DNA of 64,000 bases, taken from positions 1,696,001 to 1,760,000 of the forward strand of contig CAWCKH010000004.1 of the NCBI GenBank assembly GCA_963796055.1, given 5' to 3'. The notes beneath the pieces are model-generated. The model had not been told where the DNA came from and ran no database searches. It saw nothing but the letters and a program-made list of their open reading frames with translations. Source of the DNA: an uncultured delta proteobacterium (lineage in GTDB: Bacteria; Myxococcota; Myxococcia; Myxococcales; Myxococcaceae). Positions 1 through 9,882 of this stretch are shown in pieces; within the stretch, counting starts at the first letter, position 1, and every line of letters starts with the position of its first letter. The position numbers and the translations under genes were made by a program.

Positions 1-2
1 CG

Positions 3-2702
3 CTTCTCCGGCAGATCGCCGCAGCCCTCGACGCCGCGCACGCCGAGGGCGTGGTGCATCGGGACTTCAAGACCAGCAACGTGATCCTGGTGACTCGCGA
101 GGGGACCACCGAGGTTCGCCCGGTGATCACCGACTTCGGAATCGCCCATTCGCCGAGCGCGGAGCTGGGGGACGCAGTGACGGGTTCCAGGGCGGTCGGT
201 ACGCCGGAGTACATGGCTCCAGAGCAGGTAACCGGCGGCACGGTCGGCCCTGCCGCGGACGTGTACGCCCTGGGGATCGTGCTCTACGAAATGCTGACCG
301 GGCACACCCCATTCGAGGGCGGCACACCTTTTCAGGTCGCACTCCGGCGCGTTCGGGAGCGGCCCCGCCCGCCCAGGGAGACGGTTCCAGGCCTGGAGCC
401 TCGCTGGAACGAGGGCGTGCTCCGTTGCCTGGAGACGAATCCGGAAAATCGCTTTGGGCGGGCCCAAGAGCTGGTGCACTTCCTGGAGACGGGCATCGGT
501 CCCCCACGCCGACGGCTTCGCCGCCGCGTCCTGGGTGGAGTGCTGCTCGCGGTGCTTTCGCTGCTGGTCGTGCTCGGTCTGGTGCTCCGGCATCGCGCAC
601 ACCCGCCGAAGGGAGTCTCCATTCGCCCGCGTCCGGTCGCGGCGATCGGGACGCTCGCCGCGGCGGAGGATCTCGGGGAGCAGCGCTGGGTCCCGGCGGC
701 CCTGCGCCAGCTCCTGGAGCTCGAGCTCGGAGCCAAGCCCTCCTCGCTCCGGATGGTCCCGGCGATCTCCGTGGGTTGGGCGCGGAGGGCGCTGGGGCTC
801 GACGCCGACTCGACGGTCGAGGGGACGGGAAGGGAACGACTGGGGACTCTGCTCGGAACCCAGTCGCTGCTGGTGGGGAAGGTACGGCGAGACGCCTCTC
901 CCGGTCAGCTGGCGGTGCTCATCGACCCGGTCGGTGGAATGCCCGCGGTCTCCGAGTCCTTCGCCTCCGACGACGTGCTTGGCGCCGCCTCGCGGCTGGG
1001 TGAGAGGCTCCGGCAGGGGCTCGGGCTGTCACTGAACGACGAGGAGCGCGCGTGGCTCGCCGCCAGGCGCCCCCGTTCGGCCCAGGCGGCCCGCTTCTTC
1101 GCCGAAGGAGTGAGTCGACTGGTGGCCGATGACATCCCCGGAGCCCAGCGGCTCTTTGCCGCCGCGTCGGCCGCCGACGGGTCGTTCCACGCGGCGGTCC
1201 TGGCCGAGGCCGAAAGCTGGCTCGCCATCGGGAACGTCCGGCAGGCGCGCAACGCAGCACAGCGAGCGAAGGATCTCGCCCGGACGCTCTCGCTCCGGGA
1301 ACAGCGGGAGAGCGAGATTGCGCTCGCCCGGGCGTCGGAGGACGAGGGCGCAGCGCGAGCCCAGCAAAAGGCGCTCTACGCCGATTGGCCGGACGACCCG
1401 CGCCTGGCGGAGGCTCTGATGGATGCGGCGTCGACCCTCGAGGAGGGTCAAGCCGTCCTTCAGCGCTGGCGTCAGGCCAGTCCCCCTGGCGCGTTCGACT
1501 TCGCGCTTGGAATCGAGGAGGCGGCGCTCCTCGCTCGTTCCCAGGGTGCTCCGTCCGCGGACGCCGCGTTCGAAAGGCTCGAGGAAAGGGCGCAGGCCCT
1601 GGGTTCGAGCCACACCCTGGGGAGGATCCTGCTCGTCCGGGCATTCACCTTCGCCAGGAGCGATCACTCCAGGAGTCTGACCTACGTCCGTCAGGCGCAG
1701 GAGGCCCTTCAGCGAGGTGGATTCCTGGCTGACCTGGCCCTGGCCAAGGGCGACGAGGTCCTCTACCTCCGGGAGGGGGGTGATCCCCGGCAGGAGGTCC
1801 CGCTCCGGGAAGCTCTGGCGATCTACCGGCGCCTCGGGATGCGACGGGCTGCGGCGAACCTGGTCTTGATGGCGGGCTGGTCGGCCCTCTACCAGGGCGA
1901 TGTCATCCAGTCGCGAGAGCGTCTGCGGGAGATGGATGACGAGTACAGGGCCATCGAAGCGTCTCCAAGCTCCTGGGCACTGGGTCTTCGAGCCTGGGTC
2001 GAGTGGACGGAGGGCAACCTGGCCGAGTCGCGCCGTAGCCTCCAGGAGATGCGCAAGCGCGCAGAAGTCGACGGAAGCGGGAACAACCACGCGGGGATGC
2101 CCAACCTCGAGGGAATGATCCTGACCGAAGAAGATCGGATCCCGGAGGCCATCGCGGTCCTGGAGCAGGGGCGGGAGCAGTTTGCCTCGCTTGGCCTTGC
2201 CGACTACGAATGGAAGTGCGCCCTCATGGCGTGCCGGGCAAGCTGCCGGGGTGGGCGCCCGGCGGAGGGTCTGGCGTGCCTGTCGCATGTGGATGTCGGC
2301 CAGGTGAAGAACTCCCCCTGGTTGCATCCGCAGTTCGAGGCCGAGTGCCTGATCGACGTCGGTGACTCGAGCAAGGCGAAGCTGACCCTGGCCCGCGCCT
2401 CGAGTCTCGGCGAGACCTACGGAGTCAATCACCTTGTCTTCGAGGTGCTTCGCGGTCGGGTGGAGACCCTGGAGGGGCGAGCGCGCCCGGCCGCGGCACG
2501 TCTCCGGCCGGTGGCCGCCGAGGCTCGCCGACGTCACTGGAACGGACTGGCGCTGGAGAGCGAGCTCGCCCTCGGAATGGCCGAGCTCGCCGCAGGGATT
2601 CCGGGTGCCCGAAAGCGACTGCTCGCGGTCCAGGAGGAGGCGAGCAGGCGTGGACTCCTGGTCGTTGGCCGCCGGGCCGGCGCGGCACTCGCCGCCGAGT
2701 GA
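3..2702 (+). CDS. Membrane Ser/Thr protein kinase with large helical/TPR-like C-terminal domain (5' partial)
   Basis: Frame is open from the window edge (LLRQIAAALDAAHAEGVV-HRDFKTSN). DFG and GTPEYMAPE motifs, then a polybasic stretch, one TM helix and Ala/Leu-rich helical repeats. Confidence 0.9.
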   Translation, partial: LLRQIAAALDAAHAEGVVHRDFKTSNVILVTREGTTEVRPVITDFGIAHSPSAELGDAVTGSRAVGTPEYMAPEQVTGGTVGPAADVYALGIVLYEMLTGHTPFEGGTPFQVALRRVRERPRPPRETVPGLEPRWNEGVLRCLETNPENRFGRAQELVHFLETGIGPPRRRLRRRVLGGVLLAVLSLLVVLGLVLRHRAHPPKGVSIRPRPVAAIGTLAAAEDLGEQRWVPAALRQLLELELGAKPSSLRMVPAISVGWARRALGLDADSTVEGTGRERLGTLLGTQSLLVGKVRRDASPGQLAVLIDPVGGMPAVSESFASDDVLGAASRLGERLRQGLGLSLNDEERAWLAARRPRSAQAARFFAEGVSRLVADDIPGAQRLFAAASAADGSFHAAVLAEAESWLAIGNVRQARNAAQRAKDLARTLSLREQRESEIALARASEDEGAARAQQKALYADWPDDPRLAEALMDAASTLEEGQAVLQRWRQASPPGAFDFALGIEEAALLARSQGAPSADAAFERLEERAQALGSSHTLGRILLVRAFTFARSDHSRSLTYVRQAQEALQRGGFLADLALAKGDEVLYLREGGDPRQEVPLREALAIYRRLGMRRAAANLVLMAGWSALYQGDVIQSRERLREMDDEYRAIEASPSSWALGLRAWVEWTEGNLAESRRSLQEMRKRAEVDGSGNNHAGMPNLEGMILTEEDRIPEAIAVLEQGREQFASLGLADYEWKCALMACRASCRGGRPAEGLACLSHVDVGQVKNSPWLHPQFEAECLIDVGDSSKAKLTLARASSLGETYGVNHLVFEVLRGRVETLEGRARPAAARLRPVAAEARRRHWNGLALESELALGMAELAAGIPGARKRLLAVQEEASRRGLLVVGRRAGAALAAE

Positions 2703-2715
2703 CGCGCGGATCCGG

Positions 2716-4653
2716 CTAGGGATTGAGCTTGGTGAGCCGCGTCGCCCAGTTGCCGAGTGCGGTCCGTGTGCCGCCGCAGGAGCCGATCGCACCGGAGAGC
2801 CACTGGGCCAGCGTGCAGGTCTGGCCAATGTACTCCGACGCGAGCCAGACCGATGTCCCATCGGTGACCGCTGCGCCGTAGTCGCCCCAGCGCGTGCGCG
2901 GCGGATTGCCGACGAACGCCTTGTAGCTGGTGAAGCCGTCGGCGGGACCGAGTCCGGTGGCCGCGAGATGGATGTCCCCGACGTTGCCGCTGGAATCGAT
3001 CGGCGCGTATGCGGCGCTCGGATAGTAGTCGTCACCGAGGACCGAGAACGCGATCGCGCCGCGACCATTCGCGCCGATTGCGATCGCCGGATACGTCAGA
3101 TTGTTCCCCGCGAGCGCCAGGTATCCCTGCTTCTTGACCTGGCCCTCGACCTTGCCCGCACCGTTGATCTTCGGGCGGACCGCGAACCAGGCGATCCCGG
3201 CCTCGAGCCGGCCACCGACCTCCACCCCGGTCGCCGCCGCACCCCACAGCGTCCCGTTCACGTACCAGGTCTGCTGCATGCGGTTGTCGTTCGCGTCGGG
3301 ATGCGATTCGACCTCGTCGTGCGCCGGCTCGTCGAAGAACAGGAGCTGCCAGCAACCGAGGCCGAACAAGGTCGTGTCGTTGACGCACTCGCCGAGCGGG
3401 ATGTCACCCGGCTTCTGGTTGGCCTTCGGCGGGTCGACATACGTCTCGCTGACGATGGTGCGGCTGGTGACCACCAGCGCCGGCGTCGCCGTGCTGAGTG
3501 ATGCGGTGTTGGTGATTGCCCAGAGCCCGATCCGCTTGGCGGTGCAGAAGCGCTCGGGACAGACGTCGGAGATCGTGCTCAGCATGTACTCGGTTCCGTC
3601 TTGCTCGTCGGAGTACTGGCCAGCGGGCGAGGTCGCGGGCCAGGCCGTGAAGCCCGGCAGTCCGTCGATGCCGAGGGGCCCGAGCAGCGTGACTGGCAGC
3701 GAGGCGGGGTGAGCGGCGAGCTGCGCTTTGGAGAATGCGAAGACGTTGACCCCATTGAATCCCGGCCCGAACAGCGAATACTCGTTGGTCGTGACGTAGA
3801 TGCCGTTCCGGTCCCCGCCGATGTGCGGATAATCCTGGAAGCACGGACCGGGTCCGAGGTCCTCGTCCAGGCAACCGTGGTTGGGCGTTCCGTCCGTTCC
3901 GTCGTTCTGTGCCGGCACGCGGTAGATCGTCCATGCGTCGGTGGGGTCACCCGTGTTGCTCACCGCGACGTCGATCGTGTTCTTGCCGTTGAAGGCCGGT
4001 GTCGTGCCAAGGCGATGGAGCGTCGTGATCACGACGACGAAGCGGTTGTTGTCCGGGTCGTAATGGCAGACCGGGTCGATCACGTCCGCGCCGTATTCCA
4101 ACGTGGTCCTGTTGATGGCGGCCGGATAGCCGAAGAACGTGTTCAGGTCGACCGCGCCCGTCAGCTGGGCACCGCTCGTGCTCCAGATGCTCAAGACGCT
4201 GTTGACCGCCTCGACGACGTACCCGTTGCCCACGCACAGCGCCTGGTCCGGCGGCTCGACCGAGAACTGGTTGCCGCCATTCGCCTGGCGCTGGTCGCGA
4301 TGATTCAAACCCTGGAAGCTGAGTTGAAGCGCGGGATTGGAGAGCGACACCGCGCTCGTGGGAACGACGGGCGTCTCCAGATTCTTGTGTGGCAACATTC
4401 CGAGCTTGCGCCCCGGACGGGGCCGGTTGAACGAACCGGCGACGCCGTCCGATGCCTCGGCTTCGGATTCGGGCCTCGTCCCAAGCTCCGGGAACTGGAG
4501 CCCATCGACGCCCATCGTGCTGGCCGGCAACGTCGCCGTCCCTCCTGATGGGATGAGTCTCGTCCCGGCCGCCGCGGGAAACGCGAGCAGCAAACACGCC
4601 ACCGTGCACGGAGCAAGCGATGGCCATGCCCCTCGAGATCTTTCTTCGCTCAC
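2716..4653 (-). CDS. Secreted beta-rich hypothetical protein
   Basis: Signal peptide (LLLAFPAAA); conserved-looking PPDQALCVG, DPVCHYD, DYPHIG and RWGDY motifs; several Cys pairs. No function recognised. Confidence 0.75.
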   Translation of the reverse strand: MSEERSRGAWPSLAPCTVACLLLAFPAAAGTRLIPSGGTATLPASTMGVDGLQFPELGTRPESEAEASDGVAGSFNRPRPGRKLGMLPHKNLETPVVPTSAVSLSNPALQLSFQGLNHRDQRQANGGNQFSVEPPDQALCVGNGYVVEAVNSVLSIWSTSGAQLTGAVDLNTFFGYPAAINRTTLEYGADVIDPVCHYDPDNNRFVVVITTLHRLGTTPAFNGKNTIDVAVSNTGDPTDAWTIYRVPAQNDGTDGTPNHGCLDEDLGPGPCFQDYPHIGGDRNGIYVTTNEYSLFGPGFNGVNVFAFSKAQLAAHPASLPVTLLGPLGIDGLPGFTAWPATSPAGQYSDEQDGTEYMLSTISDVCPERFCTAKRIGLWAITNTASLSTATPALVVTSRTIVSETYVDPPKANQKPGDIPLGECVNDTTLFGLGCWQLLFFDEPAHDEVESHPDANDNRMQQTWYVNGTLWGAAATGVEVGGRLEAGIAWFAVRPKINGAGKVEGQVKKQGYLALAGNNLTYPAIAIGANGRGAIAFSVLGDDYYPSAAYAPIDSSGNVGDIHLAATGLGPADGFTSYKAFVGNPPRTRWGDYGAAVTDGTSVWLASEYIGQTCTLAQWLSGAIGSCGGTRTALGNWATRLTKLNP

Positions 4654-5011
4654 GATGTTCCTCCCCTCTATGAGCTGGAAACGTCATTCCCGGGCCCCTG
4701 GCTTTCCGGGGCTTCCGAGGCGCGCGATGGTGAGGAGAACTGCGCGCGTTGTCCACATCGATCCGCACACGGTCTCGTCGGCATGTCGAGTAACCGGACC
4801 TGCACACGAACGACTCGCCGGGGAGCGCGGGCGGGACCGATGCCGTGCCGATGAGCGGCGCTTGCCAGATTTTCCGGAAACGCCGAACCGACCGGCCGGT
4901 GGGTCTTGAGTATCCTGCCCGGATTCATGGAGATCGGACCGGCGCTCAGCCCCTACGAGATCCGGGGAGGGGGCGGGTCCGGCGTGCCCCAGACGAGGTC
5001 TTCGACTGACG

Positions 5012-5653
5012 ATGGCGAACCCCGCGGCAGCCCTTCCCTCCGACTTTCGGTGGATCCCCGACTGGATCGAACCGGCTGAAGCCGGGCGCCTCTTCGAGGT
5101 GCTCCTCACCGAGACGCCCTGGGAAGACCATGTCCTCACCATCGCCGGGCGGCAGGTCCCCCTGCCTCGCCGGGTGGCCTTCTACGGCCCGTTCCCCTAC
5201 GCCTACTCGGGGATCATCCATCCGGCGCGTTCGCTTCCGCCGGTGATCGAGGCGTTGCGCGGCCGGAGCGAGGAGACGGCCGGCCAGCCGTTCAACACCG
5301 TGCTCATGAATCTCTACCGCTCGGGCAGCGATTCGGTCTCCTGGCACAGCGACGACGACTACCCCCACGGCGGCCACCCGGGGGTGGCCTCACTGAGCCT
5401 CGGGGGAGCGCGTCGCTTCCGCATCGCCCACAAGGGGCGCTCCGGTGAGCGCTACTCGCTCGACCTCACGCCAGGCGGGCTCCTGATCATGGGCGGGACG
5501 AGCCAGCGCGACTACCGCCACGCCTTGCCCAAGAGCGCGGAGGGCCACGGCGCACGCGTCAACCTGACCTTCCGTCACATGTCCGCGCCGAACTTCCAAA
5601 GGCGGACTGAGCGAGCTCCCGGATCGGGCCGGGGCCTTGGACCTATTTCATAG
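5012..5653 (+). CDS. AlkB-family 2OG-Fe(II) dioxygenase (ALKBH2/3-like)
   Basis: NLYRSGSDSVSWHSDD (HxD), RHALPK, RVNLTFR. Confidence 0.9.
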   Translation: MANPAAALPSDFRWIPDWIEPAEAGRLFEVLLTETPWEDHVLTIAGRQVPLPRRVAFYGPFPYAYSGIIHPARSLPPVIEALRGRSEETAGQPFNTVLMNLYRSGSDSVSWHSDDDYPHGGHPGVASLSLGGARRFRIAHKGRSGERYSLDLTPGGLLIMGGTSQRDYRHALPKSAEGHGARVNLTFRHMSAPNFQRRTERAPGSGRGLGPIS

Positions 5654-6478
5654 CGGCTTGCGACAGATCACCTGTACCGGATGGGTGCGGCCTTCCTCGA
5701 TGTTGCGCGCCGCATTGCGCGTCTTTTGCGGCGCGGTCTCGCCCATGAGAATGTGGATACCGAGCGGAGGCAACGCGCCCTGCGCGGCCAGCTCCATCGT
5801 GCGTTTGTAAGCGGCCAGATATTTCTGTCCGGTCTCCTCGATGAGCACATTCTCGAAACCTGCGCGTTCCAGCGCGAGGTGTGTTTGCGACGGCGACATC
5901 AGGTAGGAGCCCTTGCCGTCCATGGACCAGGGCAACGGGTAGTAAGGATTCCCGGTGGGTCCCAGACCGTGTTCGGTCAGCGCAAAGAATGCGCCGGGCT
6001 TCAGCACCCGATGAGCTTCGCCGAAAAAGCGAGCCCGGTCGGCGACGTTCATGGTGACGTGCTGCGTGTAGGCGCCGTCGAAAACGTCGTCTGGGTACGG
6101 CAGGTGCTGGCCGTCTCCTTGCTGAATCGTGACCGCGTCTTGCATCCCCACGAGCGCGGTCAACTTCTTGGCCGCCTCCACGAACGCCGGCGTGATGTCG
6201 ATACCGCTGACCTTGCACCGAAAGCGCTTCGCGAAATAACGCGCGGGCCCGCCGAGGCCGCAACCGATATCGAGTATGTGATTCTCGGGTTTGACGGGCA
6301 GACGGTCGGCGAGATCGAGGGTGGCGGGGAAACCGCGCGCGTGGAAATGATCGAGCGGCGCCAAGTCTTCGACCGTCACCGCATCCGTAGACTTTCCCGC
6401 TTTCGCCAATGCTGCCAGGATCAGCGCGTAGACGTCGCCGCTGCCCCAGTGATTCGCGATTGCGTTTTCTGGTGGCAT
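5648..6478 (-). CDS. Class I SAM-dependent methyltransferase (sarcosine/dimethylglycine or sterol MT-like)
   Basis: ILDIGCGLGG motif I, LPYPDDVFD, RVLKPGA; GAGGA RBS before the ATG at 6478. Confidence 0.88.
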   Translation of the reverse strand: MPPENAIANHWGSGDVYALILAALAKAGKSTDAVTVEDLAPLDHFHARGFPATLDLADRLPVKPENHILDIGCGLGGPARYFAKRFRCKVSGIDITPAFVEAAKKLTALVGMQDAVTIQQGDGQHLPYPDDVFDGAYTQHVTMNVADRARFFGEAHRVLKPGAFFALTEHGLGPTGNPYYPLPWSMDGKGSYLMSPSQTHLALERAGFENVLIEETGQKYLAAYKRTMELAAQGALPPLGIHILMGETAPQKTRNAARNIEEGRTHPVQVICRKPL

Positions 6479-6692
6479 CGTTGCCATCCTCAAATGCCCT
6501 CACTTCCGCGAAGCACTACTCCATTGCGGTGCGCGCTTGAAGCACCGCGACGGAGCTCGGGGCACGAACCGCCGCAGAGCGAGCCGCGGGCCTTCGTCCG
6601 GAGGGCGATGAGCCGGCAATGACCACCCGACCCCCGATGTTCCGGTCGGATCGAGGCCGCGTGCTACGCTTCGCCGCCGAGGTCGGTCGAGC

Positions 6693-7898
6693 GTGGCAAG
6701 TCCCGTGTACAGCTTCGGTCCGTTCCGTCTCGAGACCCACGAACGGAGGCTCCTGCGCGACGGATCCGTCGTGCCCCTCTCCGGCAAGGCGTTCGACACC
6801 CTGGTCCTCCTCGTCGAGGGAGCAGGGACGCTGCAGCGCCAGCAGGACCTCATCGACCGGCTCTGGCCAGACACCTTTGTCGAGCCCAACAACCTCCAGG
6901 TCAACGTCTCGCTGGTCCGGCGGGTACTTGAAGGGGTGACGGGCGTGGAGCTGCAGACGGTGCGGGGGCAGGGGTACCGGCTCATGGCAGACGTCACCCG
7001 GCCGGAGGGCGTCGACGTCACGGCCCCGGCGCCGGCCACGAGCGCGAGCGCCGCGCAACGGACCTACGTTTGCAGGGCGGCGGACGGCGCACGGCTCGCC
7101 TATGCCCGGCTCGGGGAAGGGCCGCCGGTCGTCAAGGCGGCCAACTGGCTCAGCCACCTGGAGCTCGACTGGAAGGGCGAGCTCAACCGGCGCTGGCTCG
7201 AGCTGCTCAGCCGGGGGCGGTGCCTGGTCCGCTACGACGCGCGCGGGAATGGACTGTCCGACTGGAGCCCGCCGAGCCTCACCTTCGAGAGCTTCGTCTC
7301 CGACCTCGCCACCGTGTTCGACGCCGCGGGGATCGAGCGGGCGCCGGTGGTCGGCCTGTCGCAGGGCGCCGCGGTGGCCGCCGCGTACGCTGCCCGCCAT
7401 CCGGAACGGGTCTCGAGGCTGATCCTCATCGGCGGGTGCGCGCGAGGCTGGCGGGTCAAGGGACACGCCCGGCTCACCGAGCAGGTCGAGGCGATGATGG
7501 TGCTGATGCGCACCGGCTGGGGCGGCCGGAACGCCGCCTTCCGCCAGATGTTCACCTCGCGCTTCTTCCCGGACGCGAGCCCGGAGCTGGCCGAGTGGTG
7601 GAACGAGCTGCAGCGCGAGACCACCACCCCGGAGAACGCGGCCAATCTCCTCTCGGCGCTCGGCGACCTCGACGTCCGCGACGAGCTGCCCCGGGTGAGA
7701 GCGCCCGCGCTGGTGCTGCACGCCAGGAAGGATGCCGTGGTCCCGATGAAGGACGGCCTGGAGCTCGCCAGCGGCATCGCCGGCGCCCGCTTCGTCCCAC
7801 TGGAGAGCGGCAACCACGTGCTCGTCCCCGGCGAGCCGGCGTGGCAGCGCTTCGTCGCCGAGGTCGAGGCGTTCCTCGCTCAGGACAGCCTCAGCTAG
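6693..7898 (+). CDS. OmpR/CadC-type winged-helix regulator fused to an alpha/beta-hydrolase domain
   Basis: N-terminal FGPFRLE...LWPDTFVEPNNLQVNVSLVRR...TVRGQGYR; C-terminal RYDARGNGLS, GLSQG nucleophile elbow, and NH catalytic His. Confidence 0.88.
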   Translation: MASPVYSFGPFRLETHERRLLRDGSVVPLSGKAFDTLVLLVEGAGTLQRQQDLIDRLWPDTFVEPNNLQVNVSLVRRVLEGVTGVELQTVRGQGYRLMADVTRPEGVDVTAPAPATSASAAQRTYVCRAADGARLAYARLGEGPPVVKAANWLSHLELDWKGELNRRWLELLSRGRCLVRYDARGNGLSDWSPPSLTFESFVSDLATVFDAAGIERAPVVGLSQGAAVAAAYAARHPERVSRLILIGGCARGWRVKGHARLTEQVEAMMVLMRTGWGGRNAAFRQMFTSRFFPDASPELAEWWNELQRETTTPENAANLLSALGDLDVRDELPRVRAPALVLHARKDAVVPMKDGLELASGIAGARFVPLESGNHVLVPGEPAWQRFVAEVEAFLAQDSLS

Positions 7899-7920
7899 GC
7901 CAAGCTTCGACAGCCCTGGG

Positions 7921-8118
7921 TCAGCCGCCACGCATCTCGCGCGCGAACTCGGCGAAGGCCTGTTCCAGGGCGCGGTCGAACGCCTCGTCGTGGCTCTCCA
8001 GGACTGCGGCGCGCGGTCCCAGCAAGTACGCGTGGACTCGCTCCAGCAGGGAGGGTTGCGCCCTGTGCCGTCCCGCCACGGTCTTCGGCGGGTGTGCTTC
8101 GTTTGTGAGGGTGGTCAT
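7921..8118 (-). CDS. Small hypothetical protein (65 aa)
   Basis: ATG with GGGAGAAG RBS, downstream of and co-oriented with mddA; helical C-terminus. Confidence 0.5.
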   Translation of the reverse strand: MTTLTNEAHPPKTVAGRHRAQPSLLERVHAYLLGPRAAVLESHDEAFDRALEQAFAEFAREMRGG

Positions 8119-8158
8119 GCGCTTCTCCCAGTGAGGGTGTCGGGTGGGGATGGCGGCA

Positions 8159-8926
8159 CTACTCCGCCTCCAGGGTGTCCACGCGGTCGGTGGGCGCGCG
8201 TCTGGGAATCGGGACGAGCCCTCGGACCTGCTCGCGGTAGGCGAGATACCGCGCCCCGTACTCCCGCACCAGGTCGCGCTCCTCGAGCTGGATGCCGACG
8301 AGGATGTACCCGAGCGTGGCGAGCGCAAAGACCAGGTGCCCGACCGTCATCGTCGGCGCCGCCCAGAACGCCACGATGAAGCCCAGGTACATGGGGTGGC
8401 GTACCAGCTTGTGGAGCACCGGGGTCCCGAAGCGCGGAGCCGGGAGCTCCTTTCGTCGGGCCGCGAGGTAGACCTGCCGGAGACCGAAGAGCTCGAAGTG
8501 ATTGATGAGGAACGTGCTGAAGAAGACGAGTACCCATCCGAGCAGCGACGCCGCGGTGAGGGCGGCACGAAGGCCGAGGCCGTCGATCGACCAGACCACC
8601 GCGGGGATCGGCCGCCAGAAGTAGAAGAGGGCGATCAGGCAGCCACTGCTGGCGAGCACGTAGGTGCTCCGCTCCACGGCAGCGGGGACCAGGTGCGTCC
8701 ACACCGCCTTGAATCCCCGCCTGGCCATCCCGCTGTGCTGCACCGCGAACAGGGTGAGCAGCACGGCGTCGACCAGGAGCGCCGTGGCCACCGGCACCAC
8801 CGGTCTGCCTCGGTCGACGCTGCGCGGAACGAGCACGTTCCCGACGAACCCGATCGCGTAGGAGCTCGTCCCGAGGGACACGACGTAGCTGAGAGTTCCG
8901 TACACGAGGTAAAGCGTTCGCTTCAC
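8159..8926 (-). CDS. mddA: Methanethiol S-methyltransferase (ICMT/PEMT-like membrane methyltransferase)
   Basis: LFAVQHSGMARRGFK, VERSTYVLASS, INHFELFGLRQV, VRHPMYLG, QLEERDL; GTG start with GAAGGAGA RBS. Confidence 0.85.
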   Translation of the reverse strand: MKRTLYLVYGTLSYVVSLGTSSYAIGFVGNVLVPRSVDRGRPVVPVATALLVDAVLLTLFAVQHSGMARRGFKAVWTHLVPAAVERSTYVLASSGCLIALFYFWRPIPAVVWSIDGLGLRAALTAASLLGWVLVFFSTFLINHFELFGLRQVYLAARRKELPAPRFGTPVLHKLVRHPMYLGFIVAFWAAPTMTVGHLVFALATLGYILVGIQLEERDLVREYGARYLAYREQVRGLVPIPRRAPTDRVDTLEAE

Positions 8927-9135
8927 GAGTCGTCTCCTTCGAGCGCCCGCGGGCACGCCCGTTCCTCGGTGAACCCTGCGATGGCCTTCCAGGTCCGGCG
9001 GGTCTCGGCGGCCCAGGGCAAGGTCAGCGGCCAGTCGTGGCGGGTCACCGCCCCGTCGACCCGGAGCGACAGCCCGCGGGTGATTCTCTCGGCGGTCCTC
9101 GAACCAGTGACCGCTCCACGTTCGCTGTGGTGCAT
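8923..9135 (-). pseudogene. Probable remnant of an alpha/beta-hydrolase (C-terminal fragment)
   Basis: HDWPLTLPWAAETRRTWKAIAGF resembles the His-containing C-terminus of HSL-family esterases; its stop overlaps the mddA start (GTGA). Confidence 0.4.
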
Positions 9136-9180
9136 GTCGACACCCTACGGAGCGCAGCACGGTCAAAGCTTTTGGGAATC

Positions 9181-9208
9181 CTGAGGCCTAGCTGAGGCTT
9201 TCCTGAGC
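9181..9208. promoter_or_regulatory. Three direct repeats CTGAG(G/C) with 11-bp period; candidate winged-helix regulator site
   Basis: CTGAGG at 9181, CTGAGG at 9192, CTGAGC at 9203, upstream of the mddA unit. Confidence 0.5.
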
Positions 9209-9432
9209 GAGGAACGCGCTCGACCTCGGCGACGAAGCGCTGCCACGGCCGCAGTGACCCAACCCCGCTTTACAGGCAGAGCGGAGTGGCCAAGGCGGAG
9301 CTGGCGCTTCCGCCCGAGACGCTGTCCGGCACCCGGTGGGAGGGGAGGTCATCTGGCGGGTCGAGGCGATCTCCCCGGACGGGCCGCCACACTTCCTCGG
9401 AGGCGTTCGTCAGCCACGTACAGTAGCGCCCC

Positions 9433-9813
9433 ATGGGGCGCTTCCCGGAGCTCGTGGTGCTCTCCTGCCTGGCAGTCGCCGAGGCCGGGGCGGCTCCGCG
9501 CTCGGCAGCGGACTGCGACGCGCTGGTCCGCGCAGAGCCTCGCGCTCTCGCCTCCTACCGCTGCTACTGGGACCTGGCGCGCACCGGCCGGCGGATGGAG
9601 GCCGAGCGTGCCCTGGAGGCCATTCTCCGCCGTGAGCCGGAGAATCCCGACGCCCTCCACGGCAAACCGGGAGTGACCGCGCCCATCGTCGGGGCGACCC
9701 AGCTTCGCCACCTGGAGGACGCCGTCGCCGCCACGGGAGTGAGGTTGACGGGGGATGAGGTCCGCGCGCTCGAAGCCCCTTACCGTCCGCATCCTGTCCT
9801 GGGGCACAGCTGA
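9433..9813 (+). pseudogene. Chimeric ORF: secreted TPR-like N-terminus fused to an aldo/keto reductase C-terminus
   Basis: Signal peptide and helical repeat up to ...EPENPDALH, then KPGVTAPIVGATQLRHLEDAVAA...LEAPYRPHPVLGH, a typical AKR tail. Confidence 0.65.
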
Positions 9814-9882
9814 CGGAGATGCTCGTCCTGCTCGCCTGCCGTCTTCGCCGGGCGCAGCGTCAGTTGCGCCGGTGAGGCCCGC

